A DNA stretch of 64,000 nt. Source: an uncultured bacterium. GTDB lineage: Bacteria; Bacillota; Clostridia; Lachnospirales; Lachnospiraceae. Location of the stretch: contig CANSLJ010000002.1 of NCBI GenBank assembly GCA_947647735.1, positions 143,147 through 207,146 of the forward strand, in the 5' to 3' direction. The notes beneath the pieces were generated by a model. The model ran no database searches and was not told where the DNA came from. It was given only the letters and a program-made list of their open reading frames with translations. A program made the position numbers and the translations under genes. This document shows, piece after piece, positions 8,648-18,939 of the stretch. Numbering within the stretch: position 1 is the stretch's first letter; the number at the start of each line of letters is the position of its first letter.

Positions 8648-10162
8648 CTACATCTGAAACTCCTCCAACTCCAGCAGCCGATCCATATACTTCGTCCCCA
8701 GACACTCCTGGAACGTTGCCTCTTTCTTCATACCTTCCAGCGCAGTCCCCGCCGTCTTGATATTCTGAATCGTTCCTGCCCCCGCGATACAGCCGCCGGG
8801 ACACGCCATGCCTTCCAGCAGATACCCGTTATACTTTCCTGCCTTCGCCAGCGTCAAAAGCTTTCTGCAGTTCTCCAGCCCTTCCGCGTTCGCCACTTTG
8901 ATCTCTCTGTCAGGGTCCAGTTCCTGTATGACATGGATCACCGCCTTCGCCACACCGCCGCTTGCCGCAAAGCCTCTGCCGTCCGCACTGGCACGGAAGA
9001 ACGGTTCACCCTCCGGCAGCTCCTCAAAATTGACGCCCTTTGCATCAAACATCCCTGCGACTTCCTCAAATGTCAATACAAAATCCACATAACTCCGGAT
9101 GGTCCGCCTGCTGGCTTCCAGTTTCTTTGCCGCACAGGGCCCCACAAACACGATCTTGCAGTCCGGATTCCTCTGCTTGATCAGGCGTGCCGTCAGCACC
9201 ATCGGCGTGAGCGCCATGGAAATACACTCCGCCTGCTCCGGAAACAGCTTCTTTGCCATCATAGACCAGGCAGGACAGCAGGACGTCGCCATAAAGGGCA
9301 GTTTTTCCGGCACTTCATCCAGAAAATCCTTCGCCTCCTCGATTGCGCACAGATCCGCACCGATCGCCACCTCCCGCACATCCGTAAAGCCCAGCGCCTG
9401 AAAAGCACTCCTGATCTGTGTATTCTTCAATCCCTTGAACTGCCCAGCAATGGCGGGCGCCAGAATCGCAAACACCGGCGTACTGCTCTTAAGTGCCATG
9501 ATCGTCTGGTAGATCTGCCCTTTATCCACAATGGCGCTGAACGGACAGCTCACAAGGCACATCCCGCAGGAAACGCACTTGTCCTGATCGATCTCCGCCC
9601 TGCCGTACTCGTCGGATTTGATTGCACCCATGCCGCAGGCTTTTTTGCAGGGCCTCTCCTGCTTGATGATCGCATTATAAGGACAGGCATCCTGACACTT
9701 TCCACACTTGATACACTTCTCCTCATCTATTTTGGACCTGCCGTTCACCATACTGATGGCGCCTCTCGGACAGACCTCCATACAGGGATGCTCCAGACAG
9801 CCCTGACAGCCTTCCGTCACCATGATGCGCTTTTCCGGACAGGAATTGCAGGCAAACTTGATCACGTTGATCAGGGGCGGCTCATAATACTTCTCCTCGA
9901 TCACGCTCTCCTCCACGCCCTCGGAAATCGGCGCATGCTCCGATATTTTTCTGAGGGACATCCCCATTGCCACTCTTAAACGCTCGCCCACGATAGCCCG
10001 CTCCAGAAAAATACTTTCCCGGTAGGAAGCGATCTCCCCGGGGATGATCTTATAGGGAAGTTCCTCCAGCTTGCCGGGGTCATCCCCCTCGTAAGCCATT
10101 CTGGCAATTTCCGTAAAGATTGAATGTCTGATCTCTGTTTTTGATGAATATAATCCTCGCAT
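8648..10162 (-). CDS. Monomeric [FeFe] hydrogenase with ferredoxin domains (group B-like)
   Basis: H-cluster motifs TSCCPAW, GPCAAKKLE and EGMACPGGCIAGAG; multiple CxxCxxCxxxCP repeats. Confidence 0.9.
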   Translation of the reverse strand: MRGLYSSKTEIRHSIFTEIARMAYEGDDPGKLEELPYKIIPGEIASYRESIFLERAIVGERLRVAMGMSLRKISEHAPISEGVEESVIEEKYYEPPLINVIKFACNSCPEKRIMVTEGCQGCLEHPCMEVCPRGAISMVNGRSKIDEEKCIKCGKCQDACPYNAIIKQERPCKKACGMGAIKSDEYGRAEIDQDKCVSCGMCLVSCPFSAIVDKGQIYQTIMALKSSTPVFAILAPAIAGQFKGLKNTQIRSAFQALGFTDVREVAIGADLCAIEEAKDFLDEVPEKLPFMATSCCPAWSMMAKKLFPEQAECISMALTPMVLTARLIKQRNPDCKIVFVGPCAAKKLEASRRTIRSYVDFVLTFEEVAGMFDAKGVNFEELPEGEPFFRASADGRGFAASGGVAKAVIHVIQELDPDREIKVANAEGLENCRKLLTLAKAGKYNGYLLEGMACPGGCIAGAGTIQNIKTAGTALEGMKKEATFQECLGTKYMDRLLELEEFQM

Positions 10163-10222
10163 CGCAAATACCTCCTATCTTAATTCCAGTTCCGCATACA
10201 CCAGTACAGTACCTTATACCAT

Positions 10223-11428
10223 CTACCGCTGTTCTTTTAATACCTCCAGTGCCCGCTCCAAAATCCCGTTCAGATAAGCGATCAGCACTCCATAATTTGT
10301 CACCGGCACCCCCTGCTCTCTGCAGCATTCCAGACGCCAGCTCATTTCCCTGCGGTTCAGCATGCATCCCCCGCAGTGTACCACCAGTTTATAAGATGAC
10401 ACATCCTCCGGAAACTCTCCGCCTGATGTAAAGAAAAAATCCGGCTCCGCCTTCGTATACCGCCGAATCAGTTTTGGAAGCTTCACCGTCCCGATATCCT
10501 CACACTGCCTGTGATGGGTACAGCCCTCACTGATCAGTACCTTATCTCCGTCTTTCAACTCCTCCACTGCCGCCGCCCCTTCTGCCAAAAGCGGCAGATT
10601 TCCTTTATACCGCGCCATCAAGATAGAAAAAGATGTAAGCGGCACGGATGCCGGCAGGATCCGGTTCACCTGATCAAACACCTGACTGTCCGTGATCACC
10701 AGCTTCGGCGGTGCGGCGAGCTTCCCAAGCGCCTCCTTCAATTCCGTATTCCGGCAGACATGGGTAAACGCTCCTGCATCCAGAAGCCCCCGGATCACCT
10801 GCTGCTGAGGCAGGATCAACCTTCCTCTGGGCGCTCCCGCATCCACCGGCACAACCAGCACCACGGTATCCTTCTCCGAGACCAGATCCCCGATCAACGT
10901 TCTTTCCGCCTCTCCTTTCAACGCCATCGATGCAATGCGCTCTTTCAGCTCCTGAATATGCCATCCTGTCTTCGCGCTAACATAAAGTGCATCTGCATTT
11001 TCACCGCTTTCCGGTATCTCTTCCAATAAATCCGCCTTATTCCACACCAACAAACATGGAATCCCTCTTTTCTCAAAAGCGGAAAGCAGCTCCTTTTCCA
11101 TTTCTCCCAACGGCTCCCCGGCAACCGCCACGATAACGGCAATATCCGTTTTCCGCATCGCCTGCCTTGCCTTATCAACCCGCTTTTCTCCCAGTTCCCC
11201 GGCATCATCCAGCCCCGGCGTATCGATCAGCAGAACGGGCCCCAACGGTAAAAGCTCCATCGCCTTATACACTGCATCCGTGGTCGTCCCTTTTGAGGGC
11301 GACACCACAGAAAGCTCCTGTCCGGTGAAGGCATTCATCAGACTGGATTTACCTGCGTTCCGTCTGCCGAAAAAAGCGATATGTACCCGTTCCCCCGAAG
11401 GTGTTTCATTCATGCTCCCCATTGTCAA
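10223..11428 (-). CDS. hydF: [FeFe] hydrogenase maturation GTPase HydF
   Basis: GRRNAGKS, DTPG, NKAD; CTHH...HCGGC cluster ligands. Confidence 0.95.
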   Translation of the reverse strand: MTMGSMNETPSGERVHIAFFGRRNAGKSSLMNAFTGQELSVVSPSKGTTTDAVYKAMELLPLGPVLLIDTPGLDDAGELGEKRVDKARQAMRKTDIAVIVAVAGEPLGEMEKELLSAFEKRGIPCLLVWNKADLLEEIPESGENADALYVSAKTGWHIQELKERIASMALKGEAERTLIGDLVSEKDTVVLVVPVDAGAPRGRLILPQQQVIRGLLDAGAFTHVCRNTELKEALGKLAAPPKLVITDSQVFDQVNRILPASVPLTSFSILMARYKGNLPLLAEGAAAVEELKDGDKVLISEGCTHHRQCEDIGTVKLPKLIRRYTKAEPDFFFTSGGEFPEDVSSYKLVVHCGGCMLNRREMSWRLECCREQGVPVTNYGVLIAYLNGILERALEVLKEQR

Positions 11429-11444
11429 CGCCTCTTCTCGTCTT

Positions 11445-12890
11445 TCAGAAGTAAAAATCCCTCTGCCCCTGCCTCGTCTTCAAAAGCCTCTCCCTCGTGA
11501 CAGCCCTCACCTTCTCACTGCCGATCTCCATGAGCTGCCTTCGGATCACATCCTCCCCGATCCGCTTTGTCTCATCCGTGGCATAATCCTCCAGATATTC
11601 CTGCAGCGTAAGCAGTGCATTAGGCAGACAGCAGTTCTGTATCTCGCCGGATTTGCACAGGGACATAAACCTGTCCCCTGTCCTCCCCTCCCGGTAACAT
11701 GCCGTACAGAAAGAGGGGATATGATCCAGTTCCATCAGCCATCGCACCACCTCATCCAGCGTACGCCTGTCCGATACATCAAACTGGGCGGAATTTTCCT
11801 CCTCCGGTTCCGGCTCCCGGTATCCGCCCACACTGGTTCTGGAACCGCCGGAAATCTGGGAGATGCCAAGATGCAGCACTCTCTCCCTGACCTCCTTCCT
11901 CTCCCTCGTGGAAACGATCATACCGGTATAAGGCACCGCCACCCGGATACAGGCAACGATCTTCGCAAAGATATCATCGGATATCCCGTTGTCAAAAGCG
12001 CCCGGATCGATATCATCCGCCGGACAGACTCTTGGCACACTGATCGTATGAGGCCCTACGCCGTACACCGCTTCCAGATGCTCCGCATGCATCAGGAGCC
12101 CTGCAAACTCATAGCGGTAAAGCTCCAGCCCGAACAATACTCCAAGCCCCACATCATCGATGCCGCCCTGCATCGCCCGGTCGTGAGCCTCAGTGTGATA
12201 GGCATAATTGCTCTTCGGCCCGGTGGGATGCAGTTTCTCATAGCTCTCCTTATGATAAGTCTCCTGAAACAGGATATAAGTCCCGATCCCAGCCTCTTTC
12301 AGCCTGCGATAATCCTCCACCTCCGCCGCCGCGATATTGACATTCACCCGGCGGATCGCGCCGTTTTTATGATGGATCGAATAGATAGTCCGAATGGATT
12401 CCAGGATATACTCCAGTGGGTTGTTCACCGGATCTTCCCCTGCCTCCAGCGCAAGACGCTTATGCCCCATATCCTGCAGAGCGATCACCTCCGCCCTGAT
12501 CTCCTCCTGCGTAAGCTTCTTTCTCGCGATATGTTTATTTTTCGCATGGTAGGGACAGTACAGACAGCCGTTGACACAATAATTTGACAGATACAGCGGC
12601 GCAAACATCACAATGCGGTTTCCGTAAAAATCCTTTTTGATCTGCTCCGCCAGCGCATAGAGCTCCTGATTCTTTTCTTCCAGTTCACAGGCAAGGAGAA
12701 CCGAAGCCTCCCGATGATCCAGTCCTTTTCGCAGACGGGCTTTCTCCAGGATCTCATCAATTACCGCCGCATCCCTTTTATGGGCGTCCGCATAGGAGAG
12801 CGAATCCAGAATCTCCTGATGATCTATAAATTCTTCTGCATACATGGACTTTCTGTTGTACATAAACGCCTCCTGAGATGCTTTTTCCAT
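11445..12890 (-). CDS. hydG: [FeFe] hydrogenase radical SAM maturase HydG
   Basis: APLYLSNYCVNGCLYC plus the C-terminal FCTACYR...NCC auxiliary cluster motif. Confidence 0.95.
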   Translation of the reverse strand: MEKASQEAFMYNRKSMYAEEFIDHQEILDSLSYADAHKRDAAVIDEILEKARLRKGLDHREASVLLACELEEKNQELYALAEQIKKDFYGNRIVMFAPLYLSNYCVNGCLYCPYHAKNKHIARKKLTQEEIRAEVIALQDMGHKRLALEAGEDPVNNPLEYILESIRTIYSIHHKNGAIRRVNVNIAAAEVEDYRRLKEAGIGTYILFQETYHKESYEKLHPTGPKSNYAYHTEAHDRAMQGGIDDVGLGVLFGLELYRYEFAGLLMHAEHLEAVYGVGPHTISVPRVCPADDIDPGAFDNGISDDIFAKIVACIRVAVPYTGMIVSTRERKEVRERVLHLGISQISGGSRTSVGGYREPEPEEENSAQFDVSDRRTLDEVVRWLMELDHIPSFCTACYREGRTGDRFMSLCKSGEIQNCCLPNALLTLQEYLEDYATDETKRIGEDVIRRQLMEIGSEKVRAVTRERLLKTRQGQRDFYF

Positions 12891-13104
12891 CTTCTGTCAC
12901 TATTTTTAAACTGCCGTTTTCAGCTATTGATAGCATATCGAAAAATCGTATTTATGTCAATGAAGCAGCCCGGAACAGGAATGACAATTTTTAACTCCGT
13001 TATCGGTTGCCTAAAGGATAAAAATGCGTTATATTATTTTTAGAAAAAAGTTACCGCAAATAAACCCGTTCTTGCACTTTAAGGCTTACAGGTTATGAAA
13101 GGGC

Positions 13105-13827
13105 GTGATTTTTATGATAGATATCTCAAAACCAATCGTGGAAATTCAGAACTTAACAAAGATATATGATGGATCAAAACTAGCCGTTAATCAGATGAAT
13201 CTGATGATTCCCAGAGGACGAATTATCGGGCTTCTCGGCCCCAACGGAAGTGGAAAGACCACCTTGATCAAGATGATAAACGGCCTTCTTGTTCCCACCA
13301 GCGGAAAAGTACTGATCAATGGGGTGGCACCTGGTCCTGCATCTAAAGCCGTCATTTCTTATCTGCCGGAGCGCACTTATCTTCCCCCTGGAATGAAAGT
13401 GAAAGATATCATTGCTTTTTTTGCACAGTTTTATGAGGACTTTTCCATAGAACGCGCCTATAATATGCTGCAAATGCTGGCCATTCCGCCTACAGCGCAA
13501 TTAAAGACACTCTCTAAGGGCACAAAAGAAAAAATACAGCTTATCCTTGTAATGAGCAGACAGGCGCAGCTCTATATTCTCGATGAGCCTATCGCCGGCG
13601 TAGATCCTGCGGCTCGGGATTATATACTGCATACCATTATGACAAATTATGACCACCAATCCTCCATCCTGCTCTCTACTCATCTTATTACCGATATCGA
13701 GGGAATTCTGGATGAGGTAATTTTTATCCGTTATGGACAGGCAATTATGCATGCTCCTGCGGAGGCAGTGCGCAGGGCGCACGGTAAATCGGTAGATGCT
13801 TATTTCCGGGAGGTATTTGCATGTTAA
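13105..13827 (+). CDS. ABC transporter ATP-binding protein (YtrB/YhcG-like)
   Basis: GPNGSGKT, LSKG signature, ILDEP, STH. Confidence 0.9.
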   Translation: MIFMIDISKPIVEIQNLTKIYDGSKLAVNQMNLMIPRGRIIGLLGPNGSGKTTLIKMINGLLVPTSGKVLINGVAPGPASKAVISYLPERTYLPPGMKVKDIIAFFAQFYEDFSIERAYNMLQMLAIPPTAQLKTLSKGTKEKIQLILVMSRQAQLYILDEPIAGVDPAARDYILHTIMTNYDHQSSILLSTHLITDIEGILDEVIFIRYGQAIMHAPAEAVRRAHGKSVDAYFREVFAC

Positions 13828-14648
13828 AGAAATTATTGAAACAAGAATGGAAAGGGTTTTCTCTTGCACCCGCGATTGCCATGATCGTCCTGGCAGTTCT
13901 TACAGTGATCCTGATGAGCACCTTTATGACTTCCTTCTGGGAGCAGAGTTCTAATATATTTGTGGATCTGTTTGCCGGGCTGATCATCCTTGCTTACATC
14001 TTTTGTCTGGCGGCTGTTTCTTTTTGTATTACAATCTGTACCGCTGTCCGTTTTTATAAAAATCTATTTACAGATGAAGGATATTTGATGTTTACTCTGC
14101 CTGTAAAGACATCTGACCTTCTGCTCTCTAAAATACTGGTGGCTGCCCTCTGGAGAATCATTTCCTATACAGGCATCTTCCTCAGCATTTTCGGAATTGC
14201 CTCTGTCGCCGGGGCGTATATATCCGATACAGGCATCGTGCAGTTCTTCCGGGAATTTTTTGACCTTTTTAAAGAATTGCTCGATATGACATGGTTTGAA
14301 CTTCCAGTGCCATTGTTTTTTATCTGGCTGATCCTGCTGAGCATCTGTTACCTGTTTTTTGATATTTTATATATTCATACATGTATCTGCATGGGGCAGC
14401 TTTTCCGCAAACATAAAATCGGCGGGGCTATCATATCTTATTTTGTTCTCCGCTTTGTCTTCAGACTGTTCCGCCAGATCCTGACCATACCGCTCTCCGA
14501 TGTACTCTGGTATTATAACCTGGACGATATCTCTTCCGGGACATGGCTGCTCACAATGTTTATCTCTCTGCTGGTGATAGGGGGCCTGTGCATTGTCATG
14601 TATTATTTCTGTACCTATCAGATGAGCCGAAAACTGAATTTAGACTAA
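13821..14648 (+). CDS. ABC-2 type permease
   Basis: About 6 TM helices, EGYLMFTLPV...LLSK motif, overlaps the ATPase stop. Confidence 0.8.
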   Translation: MLKKLLKQEWKGFSLAPAIAMIVLAVLTVILMSTFMTSFWEQSSNIFVDLFAGLIILAYIFCLAAVSFCITICTAVRFYKNLFTDEGYLMFTLPVKTSDLLLSKILVAALWRIISYTGIFLSIFGIASVAGAYISDTGIVQFFREFFDLFKELLDMTWFELPVPLFFIWLILLSICYLFFDILYIHTCICMGQLFRKHKIGGAIISYFVLRFVFRLFRQILTIPLSDVLWYYNLDDISSGTWLLTMFISLLVIGGLCIVMYYFCTYQMSRKLNLD

Positions 14649-14652
14649 AAAT

Positions 14653-14713
14653 CCGCAGAAGAAAAACAAATAGCTGTTTTGAATGACAAAATCACTTTGC
14701 TTTTCTTCTGCGG
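14653..14713. terminator. Hairpin between convergent genes
   Basis: CCGCAGAAGAAAA...TTTTCTTCTGCGG. Confidence 0.6.
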
Positions 14714-14729
14714 TCTTTTATACACAACA

Positions 14730-15734
14730 TTATCTTCTTCCACGCCTATCATAATGCCTGTTCTGATAATGCATCTGCTTCGCTTCATACATCGCTGCAT
14801 CCGCCTGTTTTACCTGCTTCTGGATATCAATATCTCCTTCCTGCCAGACATTTCCCATAGAAATACTGTATTCCCTGTTACTGTCGAACTCCGCCTTCAG
14901 CCCCTTTACCTTTTCCTGAAACTGCTCTTCCTCGATATTATCCCACAGAACAATAAATTCATCTCCACCGATCCTGTAAGCATTTCCTGAAGCATATTTC
15001 TTGATACAGTCCGCTGTCTTTTTAATCATGGCATCGCCGTACTCATGCCCATAGGTATCATTCAACTGCTTTAATCCATTCATATCTATGAACGTCACAC
15101 CCAATGTACGAGGCTTTCTCTCCTTCAGTTCGTTGAACTTCCACATATACTCATTCCGATTTTTCAATCCGGTCAGCATATCGATGCAACCCGCATGCCG
15201 CAACTCTTCGATCAGGCGGCGCTTTTCCAAATCTGCTGTCACAAAATCTGCCACCGAACGAAGCAGTGTCATATCTCCCACATGCACCGCCGGATCATCC
15301 ACCCCCAGAAAGCCCACAATCTCATCATCCCGCAAAAGCGGCGCCGTCATAAGGCTGCTGATGTCCCGCGTCTGCAGAATCTTGAAATCCGCCCTGTTCC
15401 GCGGCACATCCTCTTCCAGTTCGGCTATATAAAATTCACCGTTTTCCCTGAATTTTTTCATCCAATTTGCCAGAACATCCACCGGTATTCCCTGCAGTTT
15501 ATCAATCTCTGCTTTAATCCCTTCCGCACACCATTCAAATGTGTTATCCGCCGTCTGTTTTTCTGCATCAATCTCAAAAATATATGCCCGCTCCGCCTGA
15601 TAATATCCGCAGATCGTCCCCAAAAAACAGTTTAAAGCTGTATTGATGTCTTTTTCATATACCAGTGTGTGGATGCTTTCTATCAAAATAGATTCCAATG
15701 AATCATTTTTTTGGCCGTTCTTGATGTCAGTCAT
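14730..15734 (-). CDS. GAF-GGDEF diguanylate cyclase
   Basis: GAF region (RAYIFE...NTFEWCAEG...GFLGVD); DMNGLKQLNDTYGH and YRIGGDEF. Start at MTDIK after AGGAG; the ORF extends to 15794. Confidence 0.88.
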   Translation of the reverse strand: MTDIKNGQKNDSLESILIESIHTLVYEKDINTALNCFLGTICGYYQAERAYIFEIDAEKQTADNTFEWCAEGIKAEIDKLQGIPVDVLANWMKKFRENGEFYIAELEEDVPRNRADFKILQTRDISSLMTAPLLRDDEIVGFLGVDDPAVHVGDMTLLRSVADFVTADLEKRRLIEELRHAGCIDMLTGLKNRNEYMWKFNELKERKPRTLGVTFIDMNGLKQLNDTYGHEYGDAMIKKTADCIKKYASGNAYRIGGDEFIVLWDNIEEEQFQEKVKGLKAEFDSNREYSISMGNVWQEGDIDIQKQVKQADAAMYEAKQMHYQNRHYDRRGRR

Positions 15735-16036
15735 ATCGCTCTCTCCTGCTGCCACTGCGGGACTGATATAATCCCTCTGGATCTTTTGGTTCATCTAGAA
15801 CTATTTTATATGAAAAATCAGGATTTGTACATCATTTTATGAAATTTACAGTAAAATCATCTCCGCAGGCCGACTGCCTCTGTACCATTTAAAACAGCAT
15901 AAATCTCAAAATAGTCCAGCACACCATACTCTTCCCGGATAAAATCCCGCATTTTCCCAACAGTCATCTCCAAAGTAATTATAATAGAACTCCGTGCCGC
16001 ATCAATATAATTTCTATATTTTTTTATACCACATAT

Positions 16037-16083
16037 AAAAACTCCCGATATAAAACATCATATACCCTATATCGAGAGTTTTT
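16037..16083 (-). terminator. Rho-independent terminator
   Basis: AAAAACTC-CCGATATA...TATATCGA-GAGTTTTT. Confidence 0.55.
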
Positions 16084-16162
16084 TACTTTCTGATTTTTAT
16101 CGTTTCATTTTGTTTACAGATGGTAGTACACACCGCTTCCCGGTTTCAGAAGGACAAAACTA

Positions 16163-16540
16163 TTATTCCTCCATCTGCTTCCTGACAGTTTCCACCTCCT
16201 CAATCGTACAGCCGACAGATTCAGCGATCTGCCTGTCATCCTTTTTTCCTTCCTGTATTGCCTGATAAACACGGATTCCTATTTTTATTCCTTTCCCGAC
16301 GCCTGCCCTCTCTCCTTCCTCATACACTTCTTCATACGCTTCTTTCCTCATTTCTTCATAATACAACCGCTCCTTTATATACTCCAGCCTCCACTTCTCA
16401 TTCAGCCTCGCTTCCTCCACGGCTCCATTCAGCTTCTGCGTCAGTTCCTCATCCTGCATGACCTTCCCAAACATAAAATCATCTTTCAGATCGAGTTCCT
16501 CGTAATTCTTTTCCCGACAGTTCTTCAATTCAGTCTCCAT
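16163..16540 (-). pseudogene. Internally deleted Rpn-family (PD-(D/E)XK nuclease/transposase-like) gene
   Basis: Rpn-type N-terminus LKDDFMFGKVM joined directly to an Rpn-type C-terminal E/G-rich helix and HTH tail; nuclease core absent. Confidence 0.65.
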
Positions 16541-16651
16541 ATTCAGTTCTCCTTTCGTTTTCGCAGGAGTTCTGAAATGGTACTATATCTTTCCTTTCCT
16601 GAAAATCCCTATATCGCAATCAGAAAATTTCAAAATATACTTATTACTACT

Positions 16652-17880
16652 CTATCGACCTGTAAAACTGTTTGTAAAATATTCTCGCACTTTATTCCAG
16701 CAACGTTTAATATGTCTAATTACTTTATAAATAAATCCGGGATTACCAAAACCAATATTTTTTATCTGAGGACATGCAAATTCTATGATTCTTTTTTGAA
16801 GTTTCTTATCTTTTCCTGTATTGGCGTCCTCATCAAAAGAAAGCATCATTTCTATCAGCTGTTGACAATTAGCAGGCGCCATTCTATCGCTGTCAAAAAT
16901 GTCATATGCCTGTGAGGAATATTTCACCCACGCTGCAACCCTCTGCTCCCAATACAACCTATCAACCCAGTTTACTCCAGGGATTGGATATTTCAACACA
17001 TGATCACTCCAATACTCAAAAGATTTCCTGTGCACTTCTGATTTTTCTAATGAATGGTCGCTCATTATATTTATGATAGACAAAATTTCTTCTTTATTAG
17101 TGGTTTTCCTGTCATGATCCTTAACATTCTTATAATAATAATGACATGTCACTTCCCAAACCGTTCCCCAGAGAACCATCGCTTTATCTTCAATTGGAAC
17201 ATCAAATCCACTCAAATATTGCCCTATTTCTGTGCCATCTGTAGAAGCGCCACCACAATGTAATAATATTTCATCCAACCGTTTATTACCCGCATAATTT
17301 TTACCTGTATAAACATCTTTAAACATATAATGCTTAATCTTACATGCAGCGGCTATTTTTTTAGGAATGGCAATATCCCATGGTTCTGTATCCCGTCTTT
17401 TTATCGTATAAGTATTGAACTTAATGCCGCTATAACAGGCAATCGCAAAAATCGTTCTGCTGTCTGCCCCCCCGGTTAATGGGAGCCATACTTCGTCACA
17501 ATATTCCTTTGAAATATTTTCCCTGGAAACATCTCTTCTATCAGCCTCAAACTACTTGAACATATAATATCTCCCTCGTTATCTTTAAAATAAAATACGC
17601 CCAATGTTCCGCAGGCATCCATAAACAACATCTTGTCTTTTATCACTATCCATCTTCCAGCCCATTCGTGCATATGGTTCAAAGCATCACTTATATCCGG
17701 CTCTCCTTCTTTTACACAGGAGAATGCATGGCCGATCAAAATTGTATCATTCTCCTGTCTGACTTTCAGCTCATATTGATATGAAAGATAATACTTATCC
17801 ATCAACTTCCTATGTAAAAAATCCTCTCTTTCATATTTAGTCTTTGCAATGATAAACTGTCGTCTGTTAACGCACCTCAT
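16652..17880 (-). pseudogene. Split asparagine synthase-related (PP-loop) protein
   Basis: ORF 17476-17880 carries DACGTLGVFY. A different frame continuous with ORF 16652-17326 reads VWLPLTGGADSRTI (PP-loop) at about 17456-17485. Confidence 0.7.
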
Positions 17881-17904
17881 ATCAATCTCCTTATAGTATA
17901 TATT

Positions 17905-18867
17905 CTATATTATAGAAACATCTGCAGGTCTTCTTTCCGACCTTGCAGTCTGACACTCTTCCGGATAATTTCCAACGCCGATAAAAAGTATAAACATCTC
18001 TGCTTCATCCATTTCCAGCATATGCCTGATTGCACCTTCCTGTCTATTTGTAAGTGAAGCACTGAGAGGCACACTCGCAATTCCTTCATAGTACAATGCA
18101 TTCAATACACTCATCGCATACATTCCACCATCGATGAACACCTGGTACAGTTCCCGCTCCAGATTAAAATACCTTAAATCACCTGTAACAACGATCAATT
18201 TATCGATTTCTTCACCGAATCCTCTGTTGCCATTTTGATTATGAAGTATTACGTTTATCTTATCTCTGCTTATTACAACTCTCGATCTCCATCCCTGACG
18301 ATTACATGCAGACGGTGTAAATTGCGCCAATTGGATCGCTCTGATCACTTTTTCTATATCAACCGAAACCTTTGAAAAATGCCTTATACTGCATCGACTT
18401 TTCACCATCTGGCTATAATTTAGTGAATCCAAAAATGCCCTGTCCGGAGCCGCAAATTTTTTTATGCCTCCGGCACTATTCCCGTTCCCCGGCAAATTCT
18501 TTATATATTCCTCCAGCATCCCATCTTCAAAGCCATATTCCTTATTCTTTCTCACATACTCATTCAACACAGATAAGGCCGCCTTATAAAAAAACTTGTC
18601 CACATCATATGAAACCGCATACTGGCTCATCTCCGCCACCAATTTTTTAACATTTTCCTTGCCAAATCCCGGGCGATAATTCAGATATGATAAACCTTTT
18701 TCTATAGTGTGATATAACCTTGTTATACTTGCTTCAAACTGTTGTGCGTTTTTACACATTCCTTCTGAAAACGCATTACTGATATATTTTTTATAATATC
18801 TATAATTTTTTATAACCAAAGAACATCTGCTTTCCATATCTTTTACAAATAACTCTAATTTTTTCAT
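17905..18867 (-). CDS. Nitroreductase family protein
   Basis: RCSIRHF and TPSACNRQ FMN-binding motifs, DGGMY. Confidence 0.85.
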   Translation of the reverse strand: MKKLELFVKDMESRCSLVIKNYRYYKKYISNAFSEGMCKNAQQFEASITRLYHTIEKGLSYLNYRPGFGKENVKKLVAEMSQYAVSYDVDKFFYKAALSVLNEYVRKNKEYGFEDGMLEEYIKNLPGNGNSAGGIKKFAAPDRAFLDSLNYSQMVKSRCSIRHFSKVSVDIEKVIRAIQLAQFTPSACNRQGWRSRVVISRDKINVILHNQNGNRGFGEEIDKLIVVTGDLRYFNLERELYQVFIDGGMYAMSVLNALYYEGIASVPLSASLTNRQEGAIRHMLEMDEAEMFILFIGVGNYPEECQTARSERRPADVSII

Positions 18868-18939
18868 ATTCTCTCACTTTTTGCATATTCTCATAGTTTA
18901 TGTGATAAATTATATTCCTCACACAAAAATAAAATAGTT

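Noticed and set aside
13020-13104. Expected GntR regulator upstream of the ABC exporter
   Set aside because: No ORF or remnant seen; absence alone is weak evidence.
15857-16020. Short - strand open frame (...MTVGKMRDFIREEYGVLDYFEIYAVLNG...)
   Set aside because: Could be a gene remnant, but no family was recognisable.
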